Shown here piece after piece: positions 9,030-19,915 of a stretch of 64,000 nt of DNA. The notes beneath the pieces were generated by a model. The model was given only the letters and a program-made list of their open reading frames with translations, made no database searches and was not told the origin of the DNA. Location: NCBI GenBank assembly GCA_902591535.1, contig CACJBA010000003.1, positions 22,859 to 86,858 on the forward strand, in the 5' to 3' direction. Numbering within the stretch: the stretch's first letter is position 1; every line of letters begins with the position of its first letter. This stretch comes from an uncultured Pelagibacteraceae bacterium. GTDB lineage: Bacteria; Pseudomonadota; Alphaproteobacteria; Pelagibacterales; Pelagibacteraceae. Position numbers and translations under genes: made by a program.

Positions 9030-9809
9030 ATGACTAGTAATATTAAAATTAAAAAAATTAATAATGAAGTCGCATCAATAATAATTGATGAACCAAAAAC
9101 GTATAACTCCTTATCATTCAAGAACCTTTCCGATTTATTAAAGGCTCTAAAAAATTTAGATATTGATAAAAAAGTTAAAGTAATAATATTAGAGGGTGTT
9201 GGTAAAGGATTTAGTGCCGGGCACAATTTAAAAGAGGTGAGAAGTCTTAAAAAGAAAGATAAATATTTAAAATTATTTAATCTTTGTTCTAAAGTAATGC
9301 TTCAAATTGTTGAGGGCAAAAAGCCAGTAATAGCAAAAGTTCACGGTGCAGCATTTGCAGCCGGATGTCAATTGGTTGCAAGTTGTGATTTAGCTTACAG
9401 TACTAAGGATGCGTTATTTGCCACTCCTGGTGTAAATATTGGTTTATTTTGTAGTACACCAATGGTTGCCGTTAGTAGAAAGATTAATCGAAAACCAATG
9501 ATGAAAATGCTCTTAACAGGAGAGCCTATCAAAGCAAATTATGCAAAAGAAATAGGCTTAATAAATGACCATTTTTCAAAATCAAAACTAAACAATGAAG
9601 TATTAAAAGTAGCAAATAAAATTGCTTCTAAATCTAATTTAACAATTAAAATTGGAAAACAAGCATTTTATAAACAATTAGAAATGCCATTAAGTAAAGC
9701 TTACGCTTACACAAGCAAAATGATGACGCTTAACATGATGGCAATGGACGCTAAAGAAGGTATTTCAGCTTTTCTTGAAAAAAGAAAACCTAATTGGAAG
9801 AATAAATGA
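9030..9809 (+). CDS. Enoyl-CoA hydratase/isomerase family (ECHDC3-like)
   Basis: FSAGHNL, AFAAGCQLVASCDL, PGVNIGLFCSTP, EGISAFLEKRKP. Confidence 0.9.
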   Translation: MTSNIKIKKINNEVASIIIDEPKTYNSLSFKNLSDLLKALKNLDIDKKVKVIILEGVGKGFSAGHNLKEVRSLKKKDKYLKLFNLCSKVMLQIVEGKKPVIAKVHGAAFAAGCQLVASCDLAYSTKDALFATPGVNIGLFCSTPMVAVSRKINRKPMMKMLLTGEPIKANYAKEIGLINDHFSKSKLNNEVLKVANKIASKSNLTIKIGKQAFYKQLEMPLSKAYAYTSKMMTLNMMAMDAKEGISAFLEKRKPNWKNK

Positions 9810-9997
9810 AAATAAAAAATATTTTAATAGTGATATTTATTTTTGTAGGACTTTATATAGTTTTAGATTTTAGAGATCATAATACTAAAAGAGCGATTGA
9901 TGCATGTGTTGCTGGTAGTCAAAAATTAGAAAAACCAATGACTATTCAAGAGGCTAAAGAATTTTGTAAGAAAAAAATTTCAGCTAAAGATAAATAA
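9806..9997 (+). CDS. Small membrane-anchored hypothetical protein
   Basis: N-terminal hydrophobic helix and two Cys; ATGA overlap with the upstream gene. Confidence 0.6.
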   Translation: MKIKNILIVIFIFVGLYIVLDFRDHNTKRAIDACVAGSQKLEKPMTIQEAKEFCKKKISAKDK

Positions 9998-10002
9998 ATC
10001 AC

Positions 10003-10437
10003 ATGAGTGAAATTAAAAATATTCTCTCTAAATATAAATCTATTGCAATGGTGGGTGTTAGTAAGGATCTCAAAAAAACTTCAACTATTGTTATGAAATA
10101 TATGCAGGATTATGGTTTTAAAGTTTATCCAGTTAATCCATCTGCAAAAGGAGAAAAAATATTAGGTGAAGAAGTTTACGCTAAAATTACAGATATTAAT
10201 AAAAATGTAGATATAGTTGATGTATTCAGACCTTCAAAAGAAGTGTATGGAATTGCAGAAGATGCTGTAAAAATAGGTGCAAAAGTTTTGTGGCTTCAAC
10301 TTGGTATTCGAGATGAAAATGCAAAAAAATTAGTTGAAGAAAATAAAATAGAATATATTGAAAACAAATGTACCAAAATGGAATATCAAAAATACTTTTT
10401 GAAAGTAAGACAGGCATTTCCTGTTTTAAGTGATTAA
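10003..10437 (+). CDS. CoA-binding protein (YccU-like)
   Basis: IAMVGVS, YPVNP, VDIVDVFRPS, WLQLGI. Confidence 0.9.
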   Translation: MSEIKNILSKYKSIAMVGVSKDLKKTSTIVMKYMQDYGFKVYPVNPSAKGEKILGEEVYAKITDINKNVDIVDVFRPSKEVYGIAEDAVKIGAKVLWLQLGIRDENAKKLVEENKIEYIENKCTKMEYQKYFLKVRQAFPVLSD

Positions 10438-12048
10438 ATGAACAAGATAATTAAATTTTTAGATAGTACTTTTTTAGATCTGGGTCGTCAGTTCAAATGG
10501 ACCTACTTGCCACCATTAATGGTTTATATGGCTGCTGGAATTTCTGGATTAACTGGAATAGTTGGAACATTTTTTGTTAAGGATTATTTAAATTTATCAG
10601 CTGCTTTTCTTGCAGGATTAGGCTTTTGGGCAGGAATTCCTTGGGCATTAAAAATGCCATTAGGACATCTTGTTGATCTCATTTGGGAAAGAAAAAATAT
10701 TATGGTTTATTTTGGAGCATCATTAATAGCTCTAAGTTTATTAATTATGTATGGGCTTATTATTCATACAGAGGAAATGTCTCAAGTTTTTTCAGTAGAA
10801 ACATGGTTTGTAATTAGTGTTATTTTAGCTCCTGTTGGGTATGTAGTTCAAGATGTTGTTGCAGATGCTATGACTGTAGAAGCTGTCCCTTTAATTGACG
10901 AGTCTGGAAATGATTATTCTAAAGATCAAGTAAAAATAATGCATACGACAATGCAAACACTTGGTCGGTTTGCAATTATTGGTGGTACAGTTCTTGTTGC
11001 ATTAGTAAATGTTATTTTATTTAGAGATGTGGAAAGCTTAAATCAGGCTGATAAAATTAATTTATATGGAACTATTTATCTTTATGCTCTTGTAATTCCT
11101 TTAGTTTCTATTTTAGGTGTAATTTTAGCTAATTATTTAAGACATAAAAAAATACAAAATTTAAAATCGCAAGGATTAGAATTCAAAGATGAAAGAGGAA
11201 GTGAGAAAACAAAAGTAAATTGGTGGATTTTGGGAGGCAGTTTAGTCTTTGTTATTTTTACTTTATCTATAGGCTCATTTAATGTGCCATTTGCTCAAGA
11301 AATAGTTTTTTTAGGCTCAGTTGTTATTATTTTATTTTTGATGTTTAAACTCATCAAAGAGCTTCCTGAGGAATTAAGACTAACAATTGTTGGCACAGCT
11401 GTAATTATTTTTATATTTCGAGCGATGCCTGGGCCAGGACCAGGTCTTACTTGGTTTGAAATTGATGTTCTTGGATTTAATGAACAGTTTTTCTCGATTT
11501 TATCTTTGCTTGCATCAATTTTAACATTAGCTGGAATTGTTTTGTTAAGACCATTTATGGCAAATAATTCAATTGCTAAAATTATTGTTGTACTAAGTAT
11601 TGCTGGCGCAATTTTATTTTTACCAAGTGTTGGGATGTACTACGGTTTTCATAATTGGACAGCTTCTTTAACAGGAGGGGTTGTTGATGCAAAATTTATA
11701 GCTTTAATTAATACAGCGATAGAGTCTCCATTAGGACAAGTATCTATGATACCTTTACTAGCTTGGATTGCAAAAAATGCTCCGGCACATTTAAAAGCAA
11801 CTTTTTTTGCAGTTTTTGCTTCCTTTACCAATCTTGCATTATCTGCAAGCTCACTTGGAACAAAATATTTAAACGAAATATTCACAGTGACACGAGAAGT
11901 TAAAGATAAAGTTTCTGGTGAAATTCAAACAACAGCAGATTATTCCGAACTTGGGATTTTATTGATTGTTGTGACACTTTTGACATTAATTCTTCCTATA
12001 TTTTTTGTATTTATTATTAATAATAGTAAATACAAAACATCGGAATAA
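10438..12048 (+). CDS. BT1 folate/biopterin transporter family MFS protein
   Basis: About 12 TM segments; PWALKMPLGHLVD, QDVVADAMTVE, ATFFAVFASFTN. Confidence 0.75.
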   Translation: MNKIIKFLDSTFLDLGRQFKWTYLPPLMVYMAAGISGLTGIVGTFFVKDYLNLSAAFLAGLGFWAGIPWALKMPLGHLVDLIWERKNIMVYFGASLIALSLLIMYGLIIHTEEMSQVFSVETWFVISVILAPVGYVVQDVVADAMTVEAVPLIDESGNDYSKDQVKIMHTTMQTLGRFAIIGGTVLVALVNVILFRDVESLNQADKINLYGTIYLYALVIPLVSILGVILANYLRHKKIQNLKSQGLEFKDERGSEKTKVNWWILGGSLVFVIFTLSIGSFNVPFAQEIVFLGSVVIILFLMFKLIKELPEELRLTIVGTAVIIFIFRAMPGPGPGLTWFEIDVLGFNEQFFSILSLLASILTLAGIVLLRPFMANNSIAKIIVVLSIAGAILFLPSVGMYYGFHNWTASLTGGVVDAKFIALINTAIESPLGQVSMIPLLAWIAKNAPAHLKATFFAVFASFTNLALSASSLGTKYLNEIFTVTREVKDKVSGEIQTTADYSELGILLIVVTLLTLILPIFFVFIINNSKYKTSE

Positions 12049-12059
12049 ATATTTTTAAT

Positions 12060-12521
12060 ATGAAGATTATTATTAAAGTACTTTTATTGTTATTGGTAAA
12101 TATTTCCTTATCAAATGCTGAATTGCTAAAACCAAATAACTCCATTAGCCCAAAAGAGGTAGTAAGTATTCAGCTCACTGGTTTAAAGGATAATGATCGA
12201 GAATATAAAGATAGTGGAATTGAGCAAACTTGGAATTTTGCTCACCCAAATAACAAGAGGGTAACTGGGCCGTTAGATAATTTCAAAAGAATGATTAAAA
12301 GTGACTCTTATCAAATGATGATCAACCATTTAAGTCATACTATTACTGAGATTGGAAGTAGTGATAAATGGGCTCAATTCGAGGTTATAATTTTAGATAA
12401 AAACAAAATTTACCACAAGTTTAATTGGCAAGTAGAAAAGTATACTCTAGAAGGAACTTTAAAGGATTGCTGGATGACAACAATGGTTTCCAGCCCTATA
12501 CCACTTGGTAGCTCAATTTGA
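12060..12521 (+). CDS. Secreted hypothetical protein (DUF4864-like)
   Basis: Signal peptide; VVSIQLTGL, FAHP, FKRMI, CWMT pattern. Confidence 0.6.
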   Translation: MKIIIKVLLLLLVNISLSNAELLKPNNSISPKEVVSIQLTGLKDNDREYKDSGIEQTWNFAHPNNKRVTGPLDNFKRMIKSDSYQMMINHLSHTITEIGSSDKWAQFEVIILDKNKIYHKFNWQVEKYTLEGTLKDCWMTTMVSSPIPLGSSI

Positions 12522-12578
12522 TTATATACAGTTACATTTTTGTTTCGCAAATATTAAAAATTTAGTAGGAATTGCAGA

Positions 12579-15011
12579 ATGAAAACAAAAACTAAAGTTG
12601 TAGTAGTTGGTGGAGGAGTTGTAGGAGTTAGTGCTCTTTATCACCTAGCTAAAAAAGGATGGTCAGATGTTGTTCTAATTGAAAGAAAAGAGTTAACTTC
12701 AGGATCTACCTGGCATGCAGCAGGTTTATTGCCATTGTTTAATATGAGTTACTCTGTAGGTCAGCTTCATAAGTATGCAGTTAATCTTTATAAAACACTC
12801 GAGGAAGAAACTGGAAAAAATGTTGGCTTTAGTGTTGTTTCAAATATTCGTTTAGCTAGTACAAAAGATAGAATGGATGAGTACCACCAGTATGCAGGTG
12901 TTGCTCGTACTATCGGAGTTGATGTAAAATTTTTAAGCCCACAACAAGTAAAAGAAATTTGGCCTTTATGTCATACAGATGATTTAGTTGGAGCAATACA
13001 ACATCCAGAAGATGGATATATTCAACCAGCAGATCTAACACAAGCTTTAGCAACTGGTGCAAGAAATAGAGGTGGTGAGATATATAGAAATACAACTGTT
13101 CTTTCAATGAGACAAACTAAAGATGGATGGGTTGTTGAAACAGATAAAGGATCAATAGAGTGTGAACATGTTATTTCTTGTTCGGGAAATTTTGCAAGAC
13201 AAACAGGTGAAATGGTAGGACTAGATATACCAGTAATTCCTGTTGAGCATCAATACATTGTTACTGAACCTCACCCTGCAATTCAAAAGAGAAAGAAAGA
13301 CGGTTTACCAGAAATGGGAGTCTTGAGAGATAGTGACAGTAGATGGTATATGAGAGAAGAAGCTGGAGGATTAATTTTGGGTCCTTATGAAGATGGTGCA
13401 CCAGCTTGTTACGTAGAGGGACCATCAAAAAATTCTGAATATGAATTATTTCAAGAAGACTTAGATAGATTAGCTCCACATATAGAGGGAGCAATTCATA
13501 GAGTTCCAGCATTTGGAGAGGTTGGCGTAAAAAAAGTATATAACGGAGCAATCTGTTACACACCAGACGGAAATCCAATTGTCGGACCTGCTTGGGGTCT
13601 TAAAAATTTCTGGATTAATGAAGGACATAGTTTTGGAATTACGGCAGCAGGTGGCGCAGGTTGGCAATTAGCAGAGTGGATCGTTGATGGTGAACCTACA
13701 ATTGATATGTTGGGAGTTGAACCAAGACGTTACGGAAATTATGCAACTAAATCTTATTTGAAAGCAAAAAATGAAGAAGCATATAGTCATGTATTTATTG
13801 TTCACTATCCAGATGAGGAAAGACCAGCAGCACGACCATTAAGAACAGCTCCTTGTTATGAGCGAATGAAAAATTTAGGTGCTGTATTTGGTCAGAAATT
13901 TGGATGGGAAAGACCCAATTTTTTTGCAACAGATGGTATGGAACAAAAAGATGATTGGTCATTCAGAAGATCAAAATGGTTTGATGCAATTAAAAAAGAA
14001 TGTCAAAACGTAAAAGAAAACGTTGGTCTTTTAGATATGACTGCGTTTGCAAAATGCAGAATTAGAGGACCTAAAGCTGAAGAATTTTTAGATTATCTAG
14101 TTGCAAACAAACTTCCAAAAAAAATTGGAAGGATAAATCTATGTCATGCTTTAAACACAAAGGGTGGAGTTCATTCTGAATTTACGATAATGAAAGAAGC
14201 AGAGAATAGTTATTACCTAGTATCAGCTGGAGCAAATTTAAGATTAGATCATGATTGGATACAAAAATGGATGCCAAATGATGGATCAGTAATATTTGAA
14301 GATCTAACAAACAGCACAGGAGTACTTGTTGTAGCAGGTCCTAAAGCTAGACAATTAATGCAAAAGGTTTCAACGGACGATTTTTCTAATGAAAACTTTA
14401 AATGGCTTACTGCTAAAAACGTAAATGTTGGATATGCTCCAGTAAATGCAATGAGAGTAAACTTTGTAGGTGAGCTTGGTTGGGAATTACATCACCCAAT
14501 TGAATATCAAAATCATATTTTTGATAAATTAATGGAAGCAGGCAAAGATTTAGGAATAAAACCTTTTGGAATTCGAGCTATGAATAGTTTAAGGGTTGAA
14601 AAATCTTATAAATTAGTAGGTACAGAATTATCAATAGAATATTCACCTTACGAATCTGGTCTTGATAGATTTGTTCATCCAAACAAAGGAAACTTTATTG
14701 GTTTAGATGCACTTAATAAATGGAGAGAGAAAGGTTTTGATAACAAGTTAGTTACTTTAGAGGTTCATAATACAAAGGATGCTGATGTATTGGGAAATAA
14801 CCCAATTTTTAAAGATGGAAAGGTAGTTGGAAGAGCAACAGGAGGAGAATTTGGGTTTAGACTAGATAAATCAATAGCACTAGCGATGGTTAAACCAGAT
14901 TGTTCTAATGTGGGCGACAAATTACAAGTTGATATATTAGGAGAAATGTACGACGCTACAGTATTAGATGAGAGTCCATACGATTCAGAAAATAAATTGT
15001 TGAGAGCTTAA
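12579..15011 (+). CDS. Dimethylglycine dehydrogenase (FAD + GcvT domain)
   Basis: [31 protein letters not shown]; directly followed by etfBA. Confidence 0.9.
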   Translation: MKTKTKVVVVGGGVVGVSALYHLAKKGWSDVVLIERKELTSGSTWHAAGLLPLFNMSYSVGQLHKYAVNLYKTLEEETGKNVGFSVVSNIRLASTKDRMDEYHQYAGVARTIGVDVKFLSPQQVKEIWPLCHTDDLVGAIQHPEDGYIQPADLTQALATGARNRGGEIYRNTTVLSMRQTKDGWVVETDKGSIECEHVISCSGNFARQTGEMVGLDIPVIPVEHQYIVTEPHPAIQKRKKDGLPEMGVLRDSDSRWYMREEAGGLILGPYEDGAPACYVEGPSKNSEYELFQEDLDRLAPHIEGAIHRVPAFGEVGVKKVYNGAICYTPDGNPIVGPAWGLKNFWINEGHSFGITAAGGAGWQLAEWIVDGEPTIDMLGVEPRRYGNYATKSYLKAKNEEAYSHVFIVHYPDEERPAARPLRTAPCYERMKNLGAVFGQKFGWERPNFFATDGMEQKDDWSFRRSKWFDAIKKECQNVKENVGLLDMTAFAKCRIRGPKAEEFLDYLVANKLPKKIGRINLCHALNTKGGVHSEFTIMKEAENSYYLVSAGANLRLDHDWIQKWMPNDGSVIFEDLTNSTGVLVVAGPKARQLMQKVSTDDFSNENFKWLTAKNVNVGYAPVNAMRVNFVGELGWELHHPIEYQNHIFDKLMEAGKDLGIKPFGIRAMNSLRVEKSYKLVGTELSIEYSPYESGLDRFVHPNKGNFIGLDALNKWREKGFDNKLVTLEVHNTKDADVLGNNPIFKDGKVVGRATGGEFGFRLDKSIALAMVKPDCSNVGDKLQVDILGEMYDATVLDESPYDSENKLLRA

Positions 15012-15760
15012 TGAAAATTTTAGTCGCTGTAAAAAGAGTAATTGATTACAATGTTCAAATCAGAGTGAAAGAAGATGGAACGGGTGTGGTTACTGATAAT
15101 GTCAAAATGTCAACCAATCCACCAGACGATAATGCAATTGAAGAGGCTGTAAAAATTAAAGAAGCAGGCAAAGCAACCGAGGTAGTTGCAATAACTGTTG
15201 GAGAAGACAAAGCACAAGAAACAGTACGTAAAGCTTTAGCAGTTGGTGCTGACAGAGGTATTCATGTAAAAGTTGATAGTGTGATTGAGCCTTTAGCTGT
15301 TTCAAAAATTTTACAAAAAGTAGTTGATAAAGAAAAACCAGACTTAGTGTTTATGGGTAAACAAGCAATTGATGATGATTGTAATCAAACAGGACAAATG
15401 TTGAGTGCCTTATTAAACTGGCCTCAAGCAACGTTTGCATCAAAGATTGATGTTAAAGAAAATAAATTAGAAGTAACTAGAGAAATAGATGAAGGTCTTG
15501 AAACAATTGAAATAAATGTTCCAGCTATTGTAACTTGCGATCTTAGATTGAATGAACCTAGATATGCTTCGTTACCAAATATAATGAAAGCAAAGAAAAA
15601 ACCGATTGAGGAAATTCCTGTGTCTGATTTAGGTGTAGATGTTTCACCAAGACTAGAACAATTAAAAGTAGAGGAACCTCCAAAAAGAAAAGCGGGAATA
15701 AAAGTAGCAAATGTTGCTGAATTAGTTCAAAAATTAAAAAATGAGGCAAAGGTAATTTAA
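15011..15760 (+). CDS. etfB: Electron transfer flavoprotein beta subunit
   Basis: [28 protein letters not shown]. Confidence 0.97.
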   Translation: MKILVAVKRVIDYNVQIRVKEDGTGVVTDNVKMSTNPPDDNAIEEAVKIKEAGKATEVVAITVGEDKAQETVRKALAVGADRGIHVKVDSVIEPLAVSKILQKVVDKEKPDLVFMGKQAIDDDCNQTGQMLSALLNWPQATFASKIDVKENKLEVTREIDEGLETIEINVPAIVTCDLRLNEPRYASLPNIMKAKKKPIEEIPVSDLGVDVSPRLEQLKVEEPPKRKAGIKVANVAELVQKLKNEAKVI

Positions 15761-16713
15761 TGGCTGTTTTACTTATAGCAGAGCACAATAATAAAGAATT
15801 AAGACCATTTACTCTAAATGCAGCTACGGCTGCTTCCCAAATTGATGCAGAGGTTCATGCTGTTATTATTGGATATAACAGTAGTGAGGCTGCAAAAAAA
15901 ATGTCTGAACTTCCAGTAATTAAAAAAGTCATAAATATTGAAGCACCATATTATGAAAATTTTACTGCAGAAAATTTTACTCCAGTAATTGTCAAACTTG
16001 CAGAAAATTATTCTCATATCGTTTGTTCAGCAAATACATTTGGTAAAAATTTAATGCCAAGGATTGCTGCTCATCTTGATACTTCACAAGTAAGCGACAT
16101 TATTAAAGTAATATCATCTGATACTTTTTTAAGACCAATTTATGCTGGAAATGCTTTTGCAACAATTAAAAGTAATGATTCTAAGAAATGTGTAACAATA
16201 AGACCTACTTCTTTCGATCCATGTGAAAGTTCTGGAGGATCAGCTCCTATTGAAAAAGTAGATGCTAGTGAAGAGTTTTCAAATACAAAATTTATTAAAA
16301 GAGAAGAAATTAAATCTGATCGACCTGAGCTTGGAACAGCAAGAATCGTTGTATCTGGTGGCAGAGGAATGCAAAGTGGAGACAATTTTAAATTAATTAC
16401 AGAAATTGCCGATAAACTAGGTGCAGCGATTGGAGCATCTAGAGCAGCAGTAGATGCTGGTTACATAAGCAATGATCATCAAGTAGGACAAACTGGAAAA
16501 GTAGTTGTTCCAGATTTGTATATTGCTATTGGAATTTCTGGAGCAATTCAGCATTTAGCTGGAATGAAGGAAAGTAAAGTCATTGTTGCAATTAATAAAG
16601 ATGGCGAAGCGCCAATTTTTAGTGTAGCAGATTATGGTCTTGAAGCAGATTTATTCGAGGCAATACCTCAGTTCATGGAAGAGCTGAACAAATTAAACAC
16701 TATACAAAAATAA
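15760..16713 (+). CDS. etfA: Electron transfer flavoprotein alpha subunit
   Basis: [30 protein letters not shown]. Confidence 0.97.
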   Translation: MAVLLIAEHNNKELRPFTLNAATAASQIDAEVHAVIIGYNSSEAAKKMSELPVIKKVINIEAPYYENFTAENFTPVIVKLAENYSHIVCSANTFGKNLMPRIAAHLDTSQVSDIIKVISSDTFLRPIYAGNAFATIKSNDSKKCVTIRPTSFDPCESSGGSAPIEKVDASEEFSNTKFIKREEIKSDRPELGTARIVVSGGRGMQSGDNFKLITEIADKLGAAIGASRAAVDAGYISNDHQVGQTGKVVVPDLYIAIGISGAIQHLAGMKESKVIVAINKDGEAPIFSVADYGLEADLFEAIPQFMEELNKLNTIQK

Positions 16714-16736
16714 TCCTTACAGTTAAAAACTAGAGT

Positions 16737-18356
16737 ATGTCTAGAGAATCAATGGAATATGATGTTGTAATTATAGGTGGAGGACCATCAGGGTTATCAA
16801 CTGCAATAAAGTTAAAACAACTAGATGCAAATTTAAATGTTTGCTTATTAGAAAAAGCATCAGAAATTGGAGCTCATATTTTAAGTGGAAATGTATTTGA
16901 AACACGTGCACTAGATGAATTGTTACCGGATTGGAGAAAATTAAATTCTCCAATTAAAACAAAAGTAACTAAAGAAAAATTTTTATTTTTAGGAAAAACT
17001 AAATCTTTAAGTTGGCCAACTTGGTTATTACCTGCCGTACAACAAAATCATAAAAATTATATTATCAGTTTAGCAAATTTATGTAGATGGCTTGCTGAAC
17101 AAGCTGAAAATTTAGGTGTAGAAATTTTTCCAGGATTTCCAGCAAGTGAAATTTTATATAACGAAGATGGATCTGTTAAAGGTGTTGCAACTCAAGATAT
17201 GGGTATAGATAAAGATGGTAATAAAAAAGATAGTTTTGAACCTGGTATTGAGCTTTTAGGTAAAGTAACTGTTTTTGCTGAGGGGTGTAGAGGTCATTTA
17301 GGAAAACAATTGATTGAAAAATTTGAATTAAATAAAGGTAAAGATCCTCAACAATATGGAATTGGTTTTAAAGAAATTTGGGAAATAGAGGATAAAAATC
17401 ATGAAGAGGGCTTAGTTATGCATACAGCTGGATGGCCATTAGATAACAATACATATGGTGGTAGTTTTATGTATCACGCAGAAAATAAACAAGTTTTTCT
17501 AGGTTATGTAATAGGATTAGATTATAAAAATCCTCACCTTTCTCCTTATGATGAATTTCAGAGATTTAAAACGCATCCAGCAATTAAAAAAATTATAGAA
17601 GGTGGAAAAAGGATTTCTTATGGCGCAAGAGCCTTAATTGAAGGTGGATTTCAAAGTTTACCAAAAATGTTTATGCCTGGAGCGTTATTGGTTGGTTGTG
17701 ATGCTGGGACTTTAAATATGCCAAAAATTAAAGGCTCTCATACTGCAATGAAAAGTGGAATAATCGCAGCTGAAACTATTAATGAACATTTAAAGGAAAA
17801 TAAAGACTTATCTATTTATGAAGATAAATTTAATAATAGCTGGTTAAATAAAGAGCTTTATGAAGCTCGAAATGTAAAACCCAGTTTTAGTTGGGGATTA
17901 ATTTTAGGAATAATATTTACTGGGATTGATCAAATATTATTTAGAGGCAAACTTCCTTTTACATTAAAACACAAACATGCCGATCATGAAACACTAAAGT
18001 CTGCAGATCAAATGCCTAAAATTGATTATCCAAAATATGACAATATCATAACGTTTGATAAAACCAGCTCTGTTTATCTCACTGGAACTAATCATGCTGA
18101 TAATCAGCCAGTTCATTTGAAACTAAAAGATCCAAATTTACCGATTAATTATACTTTAGGAAAATTTGATGAACCTGCTCAAAGATATTGTCCTGCTGGA
18201 GTTTATGAAGTTCAAAAAGAAAATAATATAAGTAAATTTGTGATCAATTCTCAAAACTGCATTCATTGTAAAACTTGTGATATTAAGGAGCCTTCTCAAA
18301 ATATAACTTGGGTAACACCTGAAGGTAGTGGAGGTCCAAGATATGGAAATATGTAA
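16737..18356 (+). CDS. ETF-ubiquinone oxidoreductase
   Basis: GGGPSG, AHILSG, YCPAGVYE, NCIHCKTCDIK 4Fe-4S motif. Confidence 0.97.
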   Translation: MSRESMEYDVVIIGGGPSGLSTAIKLKQLDANLNVCLLEKASEIGAHILSGNVFETRALDELLPDWRKLNSPIKTKVTKEKFLFLGKTKSLSWPTWLLPAVQQNHKNYIISLANLCRWLAEQAENLGVEIFPGFPASEILYNEDGSVKGVATQDMGIDKDGNKKDSFEPGIELLGKVTVFAEGCRGHLGKQLIEKFELNKGKDPQQYGIGFKEIWEIEDKNHEEGLVMHTAGWPLDNNTYGGSFMYHAENKQVFLGYVIGLDYKNPHLSPYDEFQRFKTHPAIKKIIEGGKRISYGARALIEGGFQSLPKMFMPGALLVGCDAGTLNMPKIKGSHTAMKSGIIAAETINEHLKENKDLSIYEDKFNNSWLNKELYEARNVKPSFSWGLILGIIFTGIDQILFRGKLPFTLKHKHADHETLKSADQMPKIDYPKYDNIITFDKTSSVYLTGTNHADNQPVHLKLKDPNLPINYTLGKFDEPAQRYCPAGVYEVQKENNISKFVINSQNCIHCKTCDIKEPSQNITWVTPEGSGGPRYGNM

Positions 18357-18731
18357 TTAAGATAAGTCTATTGCAAATTTCTTCAAAGTTTCTATAGGAA
18401 GATGTTTTAAAGTATTTTTATGTGTTCTTTTTAGGAATATTGGACAACCTTTTCCAGCTTCAACAGCTCTAGCATACCAACTGGCGCATACACACCAACC
18501 ATCACCATCTTTTAAACCTGGAAAACCAAATTCTGGATGAGGTGTGATTAAATCATTTCCTGCTTCTTTTAACCATTCTAAAAATTCAGTTGTTACTTTT
18601 GCACAAACAGTATGCACTCCATGATCATTTTCATCAGTATTGCAACAACCATCACGAAACCATCCTGTTAAAGGATCGTTTGAACATTCTTCTAAATCTT
18701 CATCAAGTACATTTTTTTGTTTTTCAATCAT
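18357..18731 (-). CDS. DUF2237 family protein
   Basis: DPLTGWFRDGCC, HTVCA, GNDL, WCVCA. Confidence 0.9.
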   Translation of the reverse strand: MIEKQKNVLDEDLEECSNDPLTGWFRDGCCNTDENDHGVHTVCAKVTTEFLEWLKEAGNDLITPHPEFGFPGLKDGDGWCVCASWYARAVEAGKGCPIFLKRTHKNTLKHLPIETLKKFAIDLS

Positions 18732-18740
18732 ATTTTGAAT

Positions 18741-19370
18741 TTATACTTGATTATAAATCTCATCATCAATTAAAGCATTAAACGATATAGACCTTCTTTC
18801 CTCAGAAGTTCCTTTAAAAGGATAAACTGCATGCATTAGGTAGTGTGGAAAAAAATAAAAATCTCCAACTTCAGGTTTTATTGTATATACAGGATTAGAC
18901 AGAAATTGGCGAGATCCGTGAATTAGATTTAATGTACCCCCTAAATAAGCTTTATCTTTTTTTTGGACAAAATTACCAAAAGATTTTGGTAACTTAAGAA
19001 AACCTGCACCAGATATATGACCACTATGATAATGAGCTGGATTATATTCGTTTTCAAATTGCCTAACTACCCAAGAGTTTATCAATGTAAATTTACTTAT
19101 CTTTTTATTTGCTACCGTTTGTATCCATTTAGAAGTACACATTGCTAAAAAATCAATCCAACCTATTTTTTTTGAAAATTCATTTTCTAATTTAAATTCT
19201 TGAGTTACGTCACCAAATAGTTTACTTCCATGATCAAGTTCATTAGACTTGATTTCATTTTTAATAACTTCATCAATATAATTATTTAAATCATTTAAAA
19301 TCTTTTCTGGAATTTTTACTTTTACAATAGAAGGACCTAGAGGTTTTAATACTCGAAAATCTATATCCAT
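18741..19370 (-). CDS. Putative 2OG-Fe(II) oxygenase (TIGR02466-like)
   Basis: SW...YNPAHYH...ISG...P.VGDFYFFPHYLMHAVYP...RRSISFN. Confidence 0.75.
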   Translation of the reverse strand: MDIDFRVLKPLGPSIVKVKIPEKILNDLNNYIDEVIKNEIKSNELDHGSKLFGDVTQEFKLENEFSKKIGWIDFLAMCTSKWIQTVANKKISKFTLINSWVVRQFENEYNPAHYHSGHISGAGFLKLPKSFGNFVQKKDKAYLGGTLNLIHGSRQFLSNPVYTIKPEVGDFYFFPHYLMHAVYPFKGTSEERRSISFNALIDDEIYNQV

Positions 19371-19838
19371 CTAAATTTTTGTCGGGTTTGGTTGACCTTT
19401 ATACACTTCTTCTGGATCAAATTTTTTTTCCTTTTCAAGAAATTTCATTTCGACTTTTCTTCCATTGTCTATCGGTCCCATAGGAATTGATCTATAAAAA
19501 CAAGATCTATATCCAACATGACAACTAGCCCCATCACCAATATTAACTGTTAACCATATCGAGTCTTGATCATCATCAATCCTAATTTCAGTAACTTTTT
19601 GAGTGAATCCGCTAGTCTTTCCTTTGTGCCAAATAGCTTTTCTAGATCTACTAAAATAATGTGCTTCTTTAGTTTCAATTGTTTTTTTGAGAGCTTCAAC
19701 ATTCATATATCCATGCATCAAAATATCTTTAGTTTTTGAACACATAGTGATTACTGGAATTAACCCATCATTGTCGAATTTAGGAGAAAGAAGATTTCCT
19801 TCTTCAATTTCGTAGATATTTTCTCTTTTTTTGAACAT
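19371..19838 (-). CDS. hisI: Phosphoribosyl-AMP cyclohydrolase
   Basis: GLIPVI, YFSRSR, WHKGKTSG, DDDQD, SCHVGYRSCF. Confidence 0.92.
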   Translation of the reverse strand: MFKKRENIYEIEEGNLLSPKFDNDGLIPVITMCSKTKDILMHGYMNVEALKKTIETKEAHYFSRSRKAIWHKGKTSGFTQKVTEIRIDDDQDSIWLTVNIGDGASCHVGYRSCFYRSIPMGPIDNGRKVEMKFLEKEKKFDPEEVYKGQPNPTKI

Positions 19839-19915
19839 ACGGGGTGATTATGTAGCACATATCTGAATATATTAAATATTTTTAAATTAAGGTATTTACT
19901 GTATAAAAAGGCGCT

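Noticed and set aside
12522-12578. Glycine riboswitch upstream of a GcvT-domain gene
   Set aside because: The gap is only 57 bp, AT-rich, with no aptamer motifs.
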